From the NCBI GenBank assembly GCA_964491475.1, contig CAZBFO010000003.1:8766-72765 (forward strand): DNA of 64,000 nucleotides, given 5' to 3'. Position numbers and translations under genes: made by a program. Every line of letters starts with the position of its first letter. Position 1 is the stretch's first letter. Below the pieces are notes generated by a model, which was not told the origin of the DNA, did no database searches, and saw only the letters and a program-made list of their open reading frames with translations. This document shows, in pieces, positions 21,301-28,139 of the stretch. The stretch comes from an uncultured Gammaproteobacteria bacterium. Its GTDB lineage: Bacteria > Patescibacteriota > Patescibacteriia > SG8-24.

Positions 21301-23155
21301 CAACGGCGACAACGTTTCCTGCGTCTCCAATTCGGATTGCGTGGGATCCTGCGGCCACTTCTGCCCGACAGTCGAGCAGAAGCAGCGCCACTCCTGCAAC
21401 CCCAACAATCCGGCGACCATCGCCGATGACGCCACGGCATGCACCTGGTCCGCTTGGACCTGCACGTCGCCCGGCACCTGCGGCAACGGCAAGAAGGAAA
21501 CCGGAGAGCAGTGCGATGACGGCAATACCGACAATACCGATTCTTGCATCATCGACACGTCGCTCAACTACACCTGCAAGGCTTCCATCTGCGGCGACGG
21601 CTACGTAAATCCGGGTGCCGGCGAAGAGTGCGATACCGGTTCGAGCAACGGACGGCCGTGCATTCCCAAATACGGCATCACTTGCAACTACTGCAACGGC
21701 AATTGCCGTGTCGCCACCGTTTCCGGCGCCTACTGCGGCGACAATGCCATACAGGACTCCACCACCGTGCCCGTCGGTCCGGAACAATGCGACGGCGTAA
21801 AGGGACTGGGTGACGATTGGGTGTGCGTGTCCAACAAGGAAGAGAACCGGTCGTTCGGGCTCATCACTGGTCCCGGCGGCTGCTCGAACCAGACCTGCCA
21901 GCGTGCCTGTGCCGACCCAAACTCTTCGGCATGCAACAACACGGGCGGCAACACCGACAGCGATCAGTGCCCTCCTGGGGCCGCGAAGTCGTGGTGCGAT
22001 TCGCGCAAGGCATTGTCGGACAAGGCGTACACTTCCGTCAGCAGCTCATTCAACCTCACGTTCCTCAAGAGCAACACGACGCCGGCGGGGCTCAACGACA
22101 GCTGCGATCCCGACGACGACAATGACGGCGTGCCCGACAGCCTCGATTGCGACCCCAAGAACGCCAACGCCCATCCCTCCTACCAGATTCCCCCTCACGA
22201 CGGATTGGGCGCGGTGCTCATTCCTGCGGCACCCGAAGTCTGCGACGGCATCGACAATGACTGTGACGGAAAGATTGACAACCTGTTGAGTTTAAGCGGT
22301 CAGATGGTCGACGCGCAGACCGACAAGAAGCTGCCGGGCGCGTCCATCCAGTTCTTCTGCGGACCGAACCTGGTGTACGAGTTTCAGGACAACCAGATTG
22401 ACGGGAACGGAAACTTCAACGTCAACAATGCCGCCATCGACTCATCGCTTTGCGCGGGCGTCACGCAAATCGACTACAAGATCGTGTATGGCGGCGGCTT
22501 GTGCGGCGACGCCGGCGGAAGCTTCCCGTACACCCCAGGCGGTTGCTACGGCTGGATACTTCCCAAGCGATACGTCACCAAGAAGCCCGCTCCGGGCGAT
22601 GTTCGTGCCATTCTTACCTGGGGCGCGAACCCCCGAGACGTCGACTTCCACCTGTTTGCCAACCATGATAAGCCGAACAATCATTTGTGGTTCAGCGCCG
22701 GGGGAGGCAACGGTTCAAACATCAGGGCGCAAGTCAACGACGATGCAGGCTTATATACGCTGGACCACGATAGCACGACCGGCCTCGGTCCCGAGACCAT
22801 CTCGCTGCATCCTAAAGACACCTCGACGATTTACCGATTCGTCGCGCATCGATTCAGCGGCTCGGGTGACCTGCTGGCAAGCCCCATTCGAATCATCGCT
22901 TACGCCGTAAGCAAGCTCGACAACTCTTGCATGGAAAGCGTGTGGAACGCGCCGATCTATACGGGTTACAACCCCGTTTCCGACGATGTCTGCGTCTTCC
23001 AAGTACAGGGGGACAAGGTCGGCAACTGGGCAGGGCATGCTGACTGGCCCTTCTTCGCCTGTCCGCACGACACCACTCACAACATGCTGTTCATCAAGCC
23101 TGGCACGAACGGCAACGACGATACGGACGGTGACGCGCCCAAGTTCGACTACTAG
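12350..23155 (+). CDS. giant (3601 aa) cysteine-rich surface protein: pilin-like N-terminal module, 4 IPT/TIG domains, Ig-like domains, two blocks of Myxococcus-type cysteine-rich repeats, Asp-rich metal-binding motifs
   Basis: Uninterrupted 10.8 kb ORF with GC3 bias; TIG-like repeats (..ITSINTYSAGPGTYITIKGTGFG.. x4, ~13.8-14.8 kb); CGNGxxxxGEECDDGxxxNGDGC repeats (~16.75-17.56 and 20.85-21.80 kb); DCDPxxxNAHP...CDGIDNDCDG near the C-terminus. Confidence 0.85.
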   Translation: MTAMTTFVKTTLKKIRNASAAIAVAFLALPVAVYAAGPDLGLSYATATGLTTTDIRTVIARIISYFLGLLGLIALLLILYAGFTWMTAGGNEEKVSQAKRILTQAVIGLVIIMSAFAITQFVIGAITEGTLGGNTSNSGCTTPGGCCPAGQICSGLSGGGGFNVTGITPAGAGPGNGGWPKNSSLSVNFNANVNMASATSTNVQVFKCNPRLVNGAASPFNYNSCNTPVAGTITAGGSGNRIDFQPTGTPGPNPTDFEADFWYKISVQGQAVTSQAGDPLQCPLFTSDISLPTALNSYCARAVAFNDKRDTQPPTVTIGSPVSPPPYCASSSGGSLVQVIATGNDDFMVAGVDYLLDGGSSGLTDVRGVPLSSSVNNAAALPFNSADIYADIGKLAPGMHSVSAVARDGVPQMSSTAQTQFKVNAPHCCNNVLDTAQGETGKDCGGECGSCVGGSCTATADCAAGAVCVSGKCVTQPTITSINTYSAGPGTYITIKGTGFGTIAGTVTFLGAAGDGDDKIAQACAANQGWSDTQVIVIVPAGAVDGPIKLAASTGFDATNDANGPQLPDFKITTATAPGICYLDPASGAAGTKFAINGAGFGATIGTSFVQVGSTQATVVTCGTGDTDCGWSDSRIWVTTPPIAEGDYPVTATVNGTLSNPSTYVIRPADPLARPTVTGVIPESGPVGTYVTIQGLHFGTRKGVVKFLYGSGLTAEVALSDDPVCSDNWHDNYIIVKVPAKYKSTLPVNASNAGVSHGIQVETSTPTQISNNNISFGVNLDPLRPGICSLKPDNGPAASNVTVNGEGFNGGGQTPSSPGAASSPRFSLEFYKTVGKHCLYSPATACDALALGTACPTSGQGVCVPNTLPAPLFRSWSDTTIEGVVAGITTDKATWPKTGPVYVIANNQLSANAVPFTVQDCNQAGITCPVGNQCCSNGACQTSCVPAAKTSAYGWQFSTSVLPALPYVIERAQCDIDAKLFQSPSPAHDSQDACKNAQAYFEFSRPLDTSTISNSTVKADKCGTGDTPDCTTPVSVAMTIGQSSFTGCDALNPANCTGFQTQPSPGYNGGFWEKKAWYRVTLVSNPATGIGLREPGPTGKFLDGDLDKKQGGNYVTMFRVRDSDDPCQIANVLVAASRQLIADDQNPIGFNANPIAANCNVLTCDDNQYNISWIAVPAYLTTNIAPMSQPTSQCTRKALALKETPPGLTTPFTATMSSKPSGPPKSGQSDVTVKFADPKVIAVSPTNGCTQACINAAITATFNVPMNAASLSASNVQVQICRNDTCAPPYLPLPNGFTYTTSLSPDGFKLTVNKSMDFAVNTSYIVRILGDNPATPAIEGAYSLSGVPLSGLNDGQSFSWKFRTKNDPSRCAVASTKLEPKSAILRFVGDREDLTGTGYGSADACNPDGQELDTSTTNWLWTFDNPNLVLQGFVHGDDLAGPYQFWKPEVKATQSTVVDTKPHPVLGCSSSCLYSGSQDSLPACGDGIVDSKFEACDLGPANGTGPCNKNCTWRGNTAANGCGDGNVDPTKGEECDMISGVFPPGCKKPDVVDPNGIFATNIGCIMTGASTVPGTQCGNGLIGDGEECDDGSLSNGDGCNSDCLLEGSRPSCVIDPTNPQCIGVCGNGKLEPGEDPDCEKAGVSPSTLNCSPHTCLKNGTSACGTPNDLNCCGNGKADPGEDPACDTVNGIPLYCTTRCLLKGSSAFYDKPSFCGDGYKGAGEVASCEPTGNGDGNTDGYQATVANTQPGFDATNPAGSMSTVKGSIAGVSDAKSGRSQITLSCTCKNEPVNSQDTFCANLRPDLACADNGCCMPRPTVERVEPTTFNSCRNALVTMVFSEVMDDSSVTKNFMIGFGNGNDACPQGTVEVPAAYVPQSFWVRLWQGMVNFLKDTFIRPVFGVSGNDAGYDQQKFCSVKGNAIMFVDGTGPTKKSVLTFTPSHAYPTDKYMRIRLNAGAKSARGVPLSITNTSGAGGYTAYFGTGSTICAVQKVTVNPPSILLSSVDDQQVVMANAVAAGGQAIAPTPEYAWGWSWDTYPSQPVSTAAPLVITPRVSNITACSLGAKCTAAGGCPCYIDSGSALCTVAGGADSCTGTVTETLPIADLRVRGSKAADGAYSPKNSKGQLPINAKAVIANECVLPSVCTSPSGCNCGVGPSSCTVINGATSCAVLSGSGVSVISSQTTTGTGSAVVMLCKHPWPNYHACVGQGCYTDIWEPYSPLEFPGVAFYYCRDLGKTGATSMAPGQPVADAAGGTKPAKSALLAGSTAPATTLPCLKETPASVAAPVPGILREYLFTYESNLSNCPDGPQSAGAPWLNDAFGLRVSSNEKHVSIGDWYFGRGFRGNPTPKAVDGYGALSEGRTTYVSAAFRKASSQKLYTNSYILSYSDNSAPETSAIYDQILANVDFNADPDLQNFGACRLGPSRTDAMVLCTVDNDCRVDSFGRPVPGREQYKCDAATHTGCVTDKNVAAPDAGNPVACGTDYDCLVGAGGTSLNRPATVTCDVPKAKLTRDVKRWSDLLSLRDSLVAKATETGSFPKLDAGTFLRAQTNSTWPSWGDAFAKGVGGTVPNDPVNQHAVCAGPNQPYDPKTCWDANRRQYVCPQGSHVYEYQSFGGVDFWLRNDFEYDVLGDSWAGGTCLDKTDLASCIADPMCGGTCSNNKAQSCTDSGDCNGGTCQVPCNFRLGKVIFGAGNSASCQGVPISPTSGGSCGDGILQDNQSDPAKNEVCEIRMTQSQACNSDPAKLVQKQGAYTQTCNSQCNGWVTQGVCTASSQRAGFICVTSADCGTGGSCITWTDFRCNGEAGNAKNGAACVKDSDCTDGAKKGVCASACQGGRCGDGAVQAPEQCDDGALNGTYGHCKADCTAVGFSCGDSLRQPNEACDCGGANGQYAFNGIKAAASNTNAPNQCLQNPAGFNVYSCSWDCSGAGPRCGDGIVNGTAEKCDGGFEEFKGFCNDAAQTGCNATANCPAIGTCVGGKCSNGDNVSCVSNSDCVGSCGHFCPTVEQKQRHSCNPNNPATIADDATACTWSAWTCTSPGTCGNGKKETGEQCDDGNTDNTDSCIIDTSLNYTCKASICGDGYVNPGAGEECDTGSSNGRPCIPKYGITCNYCNGNCRVATVSGAYCGDNAIQDSTTVPVGPEQCDGVKGLGDDWVCVSNKEENRSFGLITGPGGCSNQTCQRACADPNSSACNNTGGNTDSDQCPPGAAKSWCDSRKALSDKAYTSVSSSFNLTFLKSNTTPAGLNDSCDPDDDNDGVPDSLDCDPKNANAHPSYQIPPHDGLGAVLIPAAPEVCDGIDNDCDGKIDNLLSLSGQMVDAQTDKKLPGASIQFFCGPNLVYEFQDNQIDGNGNFNVNNAAIDSSLCAGVTQIDYKIVYGGGLCGDAGGSFPYTPGGCYGWILPKRYVTKKPAPGDVRAILTWGANPRDVDFHLFANHDKPNNHLWFSAGGGNGSNIRAQVNDDAGLYTLDHDSTTGLGPETISLHPKDTSTIYRFVAHRFSGSGDLLASPIRIIAYAVSKLDNSCMESVWNAPIYTGYNPVSDDVCVFQVQGDKVGNWAGHADWPFFACPHDTTHNMLFIKPGTNGNDDTDGDAPKFDY

Positions 23156-23181
23156 CCCGCCGCCGGCATTACCTCCAAAGT

Positions 23182-23700
23182 ATGGATTACGAAAACGCAT
23201 ACGACGACGGCGGCAAGCGGCGGACGACGATCATCGCGATCGTCGTCGTCGCCGTAGTGTTGGCGGGCATCGGGGTCATCGTCGCCCTTGTTTTGCGCAA
23301 CAGGTCGGCAGCCGGCGTTTCGTCGTCTTCAGTCGGAAACGGGGGGGCGACGCAGGGGGCCAAGGTGCCCGATGCAAGCTTTCAATACCAGCAGGTTTCC
23401 GACCCTGCTGCGGCAGTGGGCGGCACGGCGGTGAACGCCAATTCGCCGACAAAAGGCGAAACGCCCCAACCGGGCGTCGATCGCCTTTTGACCGACGAAG
23501 AAAAAAAGAACTACGGTTACCCGGTGGAGTGGAGGGTACGCATGCGAACGACAAAAGGAAGCCTCGGTCTTCAGACCGAAATCATCGTCGAAGACAAGGG
23601 TAACTGGAAATTGCCGGTTGGTAACAAAGAAAAAATCGAGGAGCCGGCTTCGGAACCCGCTCCCGTCGCTGCTCCGACGGCAGCGCCAAAGACGCAATAA
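23182..23700 (+). CDS. hypothetical membrane-anchored protein
   Basis: 172 aa; N-terminal TM helix IIAIVVVAVVLAGIGVIVALVL; extracytoplasmic tail. Confidence 0.5.
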   Translation: MDYENAYDDGGKRRTTIIAIVVVAVVLAGIGVIVALVLRNRSAAGVSSSSVGNGGATQGAKVPDASFQYQQVSDPAAAVGGTAVNANSPTKGETPQPGVDRLLTDEEKKNYGYPVEWRVRMRTTKGSLGLQTEIIVEDKGNWKLPVGNKEKIEEPASEPAPVAAPTAAPKTQ

Positions 23701-23743
23701 TGGCCAAACCGCTGGGCGGTGGATAAGCTGAAGCAGACGGTGC

Positions 23744-23778
23744 AAAACCCCTCTGAAAAGAGGGTTTTTGCGTTTTTG
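23744..23778 (+). terminator. intrinsic terminator
   Basis: cccctct-gaaa-agaggg hairpin followed by tttttgcgttttt. Confidence 0.55.
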
Positions 23779-23818
23779 GCGAGAGTCAGGCATTTCCCTA
23801 GAGGCACCGCCTTAAATG

Positions 23819-23827
23819 TGCTATACT
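23819..23827 (+). promoter_or_regulatory. extended -10 element TGCTATACT
   Basis: TGnTATACT about 55 nt upstream of the ATG at 23883; a second GATACT lies 7 nt upstream of that ATG. Confidence 0.35.
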
Positions 23828-23882
23828 CCTAAGTGGAATGGTGCGCAGGTACGTCTGCGTCTAAATCGGCGATACTTGGCGT

Positions 23883-24587
23883 ATGTTCGACGAAAAGAAC
23901 GAACCCGTAGACATCTTGGCGGACGTGGATAAGGTCGTGCCCATGACACCCATGTCTGCGGCGGCGCCTTCGCCCGAAGCTCGGGTCGTGCGTCGCGGAC
24001 CATCCGTTCTGCTGTTGTTCATCATTTTGGCCGCGCTCGGCGGACTGGGCACGGGCGGTTATTTCCTTTTCCGCAGCAAACCGGCAGAGACGCCGTCTGT
24101 GCCTGCCACCGTAATGGAGGATAAAACCGGCACTTCCGCGCAAAATGCTCACGCTACCCCCGCGCCTGCACAGGTCCCCACCCCAGCGGAGAATGCCCAG
24201 CCCGCTCCCGTACCGGTCACACAGCCCCCTGCGAACGTTCCGGTTCCGGCTTCAGGCTCGGGCACCAATGCCAACGCCAATGTTCCTCCGGCCAATGAGC
24301 CGCAACCCACGCAGCCGGTACAGCCTCCCGAACAAGTCCAGAAGCCGCCTGATTCCGACGGCGACGGCTTGAGCGATGCCGAAGAAGTGCAGCTCGGCAC
24401 GAATCCGCAAGCCGTCGATACGGATAGCGACGGCCTGACGGATTTCGATGAGGTCAAGATTTACGGAACCGATCCAAAGAACCCCGATACCGACGGAGAC
24501 GGTTATCTCGACGGCGCAGAGGTCAAGGGCGGATACAATCCGAAAGGACAAGGGAAGTTATTCCAAGTGCCTGCTTCTCCGAAGTAG
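23883..24587 (+). CDS. membrane-anchored Pro-rich protein with thrombospondin-type-3-like Asp (calcium-binding) repeats
   Basis: 234 aa; TM helix [15 protein letters not shown]; Pro-rich linker; [36 protein letters not shown] motifs. Confidence 0.6.
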   Translation: MFDEKNEPVDILADVDKVVPMTPMSAAAPSPEARVVRRGPSVLLLFIILAALGGLGTGGYFLFRSKPAETPSVPATVMEDKTGTSAQNAHATPAPAQVPTPAENAQPAPVPVTQPPANVPVPASGSGTNANANVPPANEPQPTQPVQPPEQVQKPPDSDGDGLSDAEEVQLGTNPQAVDTDSDGLTDFDEVKIYGTDPKNPDTDGDGYLDGAEVKGGYNPKGQGKLFQVPASPK

Positions 24588-24602
24588 GAAACCAGGAATC
24601 GT

Positions 24603-25718
24603 ATGGCCGAGAACCCGAATGAACTCACAAAACCTGCAGGTGCCGCACCAGGCGGTGACGAGCCGGTGATTCACATCATCCCGGAGAAGTTTTACGGTGC
24701 CGCCCTTCGCAAGAAATTGCCCAAGGCGCAGCCGGCTCCGGCCGCAGCGTCCCAACCGCAGCAGCAGGCCGCTCCCAAGAAGCAGGGGAAGACCGGGCTT
24801 TTGATCGCCATCGGCGTGCTGGTGCTTTTGATCGGCTCTGCCGGCGCCTATTTCTTGCTTGGCAGCAAGAAGACGGCCCCGCCGCCTGCTCCGGTGAACA
24901 CCGCCCCTCCTGCCCCGGTCTGCGGCGACGCCAAGTGCGATGCGCCGTCCGAGACTTACGAGAACTGCAAGGCCGACTGCCCTCCGCCACCTCCGGTGTG
25001 CGGTGATCGCCAGTGCGATGCGGCCACCGAAAACTACAACACCTGCCCCGCCGACTGCCCGCCTCCTGCTCCGGTCTGCGGCGACGCCAAGTGCGAGGAG
25101 CCGACGGAATCGGTCACGTCGTGCCCTGAAGACTGCAAGAAGCCCGAACCCACTGCCGGTGCCGACGCCGACGCCGACGGCCTGACGGACGAAGAAGAGT
25201 CCCAGCTGTATCACACCAATCCCAACGATCCCGAAACCGACAAAGACAGCTTCCTCGACAACAACGAAGTGCTGAAGCTGTTCGATCCGGCCAAACCGAC
25301 GCCGGCAATGCTCCGCGACAACCCCGGCATCGCCATCTACGCAAACGCCGAACAGCACTATGAGGTCTTCCGGCCGGCCAACTGGACGGTGAAGGAAGAT
25401 GACGCCTCCATGAAGACCGTGTTCTTCAACGCTCCCAGCGGCGAGACGGTCACCATCCTGATTTCGGACAAGCAGCCCGGCCAGACGATCATGGATTGGT
25501 ACTTGGCCCACACGCCAGGCGTCACCAGCTCGCAGGTCACCATGTATAACACGCGCCAGGGCTACGATGCCATCATCAGTCCCGACCAGTTCGCCCATTA
25601 CGTCGATTTGGGCAACGGTCATGTGGCTTCCGTGACCTACGGTCTCGGTACCCGCCTGCAGGTGCAGTACAAAGTCACCTTCCAAATGATGGTGCAGAGC
25701 CTGCGGAAGACGCAGTAA
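24603..25718 (+). CDS. membrane-anchored protein with three tandem 26-aa four-Cys repeats, a TSP3-like Asp motif and a C-terminal globular domain
   Basis: 371 aa; TM helix LLIAIGVLVLLIGSAGAYFLL; repeats PVCGDxxCDxxxExYxxCxxDCPPP x3; DADADGLTDEEE..NPNDPETDKD. Confidence 0.6.
   Translation: MAENPNELTKPAGAAPGGDEPVIHIIPEKFYGAALRKKLPKAQPAPAAASQPQQQAAPKKQGKTGLLIAIGVLVLLIGSAGAYFLLGSKKTAPPPAPVNTAPPAPVCGDAKCDAPSETYENCKADCPPPPPVCGDRQCDAATENYNTCPADCPPPAPVCGDAKCEEPTESVTSCPEDCKKPEPTAGADADADGLTDEEESQLYHTNPNDPETDKDSFLDNNEVLKLFDPAKPTPAMLRDNPGIAIYANAEQHYEVFRPANWTVKEDDASMKTVFFNAPSGETVTILISDKQPGQTIMDWYLAHTPGVTSSQVTMYNTRQGYDAIISPDQFAHYVDLGNGHVASVTYGLGTRLQVQYKVTFQMMVQSLRKTQ
24915..25148 (+). repeat. coding tandem repeat, 3 x 78 nt
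   Basis: Copies start at 24915, 24993 and 25071; copies 1 and 3 share an identical ccggtctgcggcgacgccaagtgcga start. Confidence 0.7.
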
Positions 25719-25726
25719 GGCCAGGA

Positions 25727-25748
25727 GCCGGGGTCCGCCCCGGCTTTT
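25727..25748 (+). terminator. intrinsic terminator
   Basis: gccgggg-tccg-ccccggc hairpin followed by ttttgt. Confidence 0.55.
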
Positions 25749-25783
25749 GTCAATCCCGACGCTTCATCTTTTGGCGACGCCGC

Positions 25784-25791
25784 TGTACAAT
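25784..25791 (+). promoter_or_regulatory. extended -10 (TGTACAAT) abutting the ybeY ATG (leaderless candidate)
   Basis: TACAAT at 25786-25791 with upstream TG; ATG at 25800. Confidence 0.4.
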
Positions 25792-25799
25792 GTCCCTGT

Positions 25800-26249
25800 A
25801 TGGTCACCGTCGAATGCATCGGAAAACTGCCTGCGGGATTCACCAAATCGAAGGTGGTCGAGCTGGTTGCGGTCAGCTGCAAAAGGGCTGGCTTCCGCGG
25901 CAACGCTTCCGTCGGCATCCGCATCGTGGATGACCGCGCCATTCGCTCGCTGAACCGGACGCATCGCGGCAAGGATAAGGTCACCGACGTCCTGTCGTTC
26001 TCTGCCACCGAAGGACTGCCCGAAGTCATGGCCTCGGCGGCTAAAGGGGAGCTGGGCGACATCGTCATCGACTTGCCGCAGGTGCGGCGCCAGGCCAAGG
26101 CCATCGGCCGTTCGCCAAAAGACGAGTTCGCGCTGATGGTCGTCCACGGCACCCTGCATCTTCTCGGTTTCGATCACGAGTCCCTCAAGGACGAGGCAAA
26201 AATGTTCGCACTGCAGCACGACATTCTCATCCGCGCCGGCATCCTCTGA
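25800..26249 (+). CDS. ybeY: rRNA maturation endoribonuclease YbeY
   Basis: 149 aa; HGTLHLLGFDHE zinc-binding motif. Confidence 0.85.
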   Translation: MVTVECIGKLPAGFTKSKVVELVAVSCKRAGFRGNASVGIRIVDDRAIRSLNRTHRGKDKVTDVLSFSATEGLPEVMASAAKGELGDIVIDLPQVRRQAKAIGRSPKDEFALMVVHGTLHLLGFDHESLKDEAKMFALQHDILIRAGIL

Positions 26250-26258
26250 CCGCTGACC

Positions 26259-26651
26259 ATGACGCCCATGTCCATGTTCGACCTCAACAACTTCGGCAAG
26301 AGCCTCTCGTATGCCTATAAGGGCATCCGCAGGGTCGCCAAGGAGGAACAGAGCTTTCGCATTCAGCTGGTGGTTGCGGCCGTCGTGGTGGCTTTCATGT
26401 TCGCCTTCGGCCTTCGGACTGCGGAAAAAGCCCTATTGACGATGGCCATAGTCCTTGTGTTAGTGCTCGAATTGCTCAACAGCATCTTTGAGCGGATGGT
26501 GGATATCCTCAAGCCCCGAATCCATCATTATGTCGAAGACATCAAGGATATTATGGCCGGAACGGTGCTGGTGGCCTCTCTGGGAGCCCTGCTTATCGGC
26601 TGCTTGATTTTTTGGCCCTATTTCGTCAAACTAGTAACAAGCGCTCCCTAG
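26259..26651 (+). CDS. dgkA: diacylglycerol/undecaprenol kinase family (DgkA-like)
   Basis: 130 aa; three TM helices; ELLNSIFERMVD similar to the DgkA ELLNSAIEAVVD motif. Confidence 0.7.
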   Translation: MTPMSMFDLNNFGKSLSYAYKGIRRVAKEEQSFRIQLVVAAVVVAFMFAFGLRTAEKALLTMAIVLVLVLELLNSIFERMVDILKPRIHHYVEDIKDIMAGTVLVASLGALLIGCLIFWPYFVKLVTSAP

Positions 26652-26674
26652 GCTAAGGGGAAGCCGTTTGGCGT

Positions 26675-27928
26675 ATGGCTGAAGACGCATTGTTTACCGG
26701 CATCGACATCGGCTCGTCGTCCGTCCGCATAGCGGTCGGGCAGCGTTTGCCGTCTTCCGAAAAGGAACAGATGCACATCATCGGTGCCGCCGAAGTCGCT
26801 TCCGAAGGCATCAACAGGGGAACGATCAACTCCATCGAGGACGCGGTGTCTTCGGTTTCCGCGTGCATCGAGAAGGTCGAGCGCATGACGGGATCGCCCG
26901 TCACCAGCGCCTGGGTGTCCATTTCCGGCAATAACGTCACCCTCCTTGAGAGCAAGGGCGTCGTGGCCGTGGCCAAGTCTGACGGCGAAATCCGGGAGGA
27001 CGACGTCGAACGCGTCGTCGGCGCCGCAGAGACGGTCGCTACCCCGGTCAACTACGAAATCCTCCACGTCATTCCCAAGTCCTTTACCGTCGACGCGCAA
27101 AAAGGCATCAAGGACCCGATCGGCATGAACGGCCTGCGCCTCGAAGTCGACGCCCAGATCATCCAGGGGCTGACTTCGCACATCAAGAATCTCTCCAAGT
27201 GCGTGTATCGCACCGGCATCACCATGGAACGGCCGGTATTGGGCGTCTTGGCCGTCGCCGATGTCGTCACTGCTCCGCGGCAAAAGGAGCTGGGCGTGGC
27301 CGTCGTGAACATGGGCGGCTCAAGCACCACATTGGTGGTCTTCGAGCAGGGTGACATCCTGCACATGGCCTCCATTCCGCTCGGCTCCGATCATGTCACC
27401 TCGGACATCGCCATCGGGTTGCGCACGACCATCGACATCGCCGAGCGCGTCAAGCTGCAATACGCCGAAGCCTCGTCGTCCAACATCGGCCGTTCGGAGC
27501 AGATCAACCTGCGCGAGCTGGGCGCTGCCGACGACGAGTTGGTCGGCCGCAAGTACGTCTGCGAAATCGTGCAGGCCCGCGTCGAGGAAATCATGGAGCG
27601 CATCGAGAAGGAACTGAAGAAGATCGGACGGGCGGGAATGCTGCCCGCCGGCGTGGTGCTCACCGGCGGGGGAGCGAAGCTTTCCGGGCTGGTCGAGCTC
27701 ACCAAGAGCAAGCTCCGCCTTCCGGCCTCGCTCGGGTACCCGCTGGGCGTCACCAGCATCACCGATCGCGTCAACGATCTGGCGTTCACCACGGCAATCG
27801 GCCTGGTGCAGTGGGGAATGAACGAAGTGCCTGAAGGCCCCAAAAAGCGCGGCGGCATGAACGTCGGCAAGCAGGTCGAGGCCGTCACCGCGTCGTTCAA
27901 GAAACTCTTTGGCGGATTCAGCCGCTGA
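26675..27928 (+). CDS. ftsA: cell division protein FtsA
   Basis: 417 aa; actin-like ATPase motifs ([10 protein letters not shown].., DIGGGTT-like [14 protein letters not shown]); immediately upstream of ftsZ. Confidence 0.9.
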   Translation: MAEDALFTGIDIGSSSVRIAVGQRLPSSEKEQMHIIGAAEVASEGINRGTINSIEDAVSSVSACIEKVERMTGSPVTSAWVSISGNNVTLLESKGVVAVAKSDGEIREDDVERVVGAAETVATPVNYEILHVIPKSFTVDAQKGIKDPIGMNGLRLEVDAQIIQGLTSHIKNLSKCVYRTGITMERPVLGVLAVADVVTAPRQKELGVAVVNMGGSSTTLVVFEQGDILHMASIPLGSDHVTSDIAIGLRTTIDIAERVKLQYAEASSSNIGRSEQINLRELGAADDELVGRKYVCEIVQARVEEIMERIEKELKKIGRAGMLPAGVVLTGGGAKLSGLVELTKSKLRLPASLGYPLGVTSITDRVNDLAFTTAIGLVQWGMNEVPEGPKKRGGMNVGKQVEAVTASFKKLFGGFSR

Positions 27929-27957
27929 AAATCATCACAAGCGATACAAGCAACCTA

Positions 27958-27990
27958 AAAAGCGGATGCCAAAACGGCTCCGCTTTTTGG
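27958..27990 (+). terminator. intrinsic terminator after ftsA
   Basis: aagcgga..gcc-aaaac-ggc..tccgctt hairpin followed by ttttt, 30 nt past the ftsA stop; a TTGACG-17-TATTCT promoter-like sequence follows at ~28040. Confidence 0.5.
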
Positions 27991-28139
27991 TACCAGCATC
28001 AATGAACACTTTTTATGTTCAGTTAGCGGTTTTTTGCCTTGACGTGGGGATAACCGATGCCGTATTCTTTATGCATACAGATGCGTTGGCAGAGGCGCGT
28101 CTCATCCCTCATCAACCATTCTTCTCACACGCACACGCT

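Noticed and set aside
9991-23155. Interpreting the pilin-like N-termini as evidence of a conjugative T4SS locus
   Set aside because: No VirB4/VirD4 ATPases, VirB6/VirB8 or relaxase genes in the window. The VirB2/TrbC resemblance rests on architecture only, so it is reported as a hypothesis and not as a T4SS annotation.
24915-25148. Possible CRISPR array or other non-coding repeat (also the GGN repeat at 49143-49202)
   Set aside because: The repeats are 78-nt or 6-nt units in frame inside clear protein-coding genes, with no repeat-spacer architecture. No cas genes are in the window, and no CRISPR-like array was found anywhere else in it.
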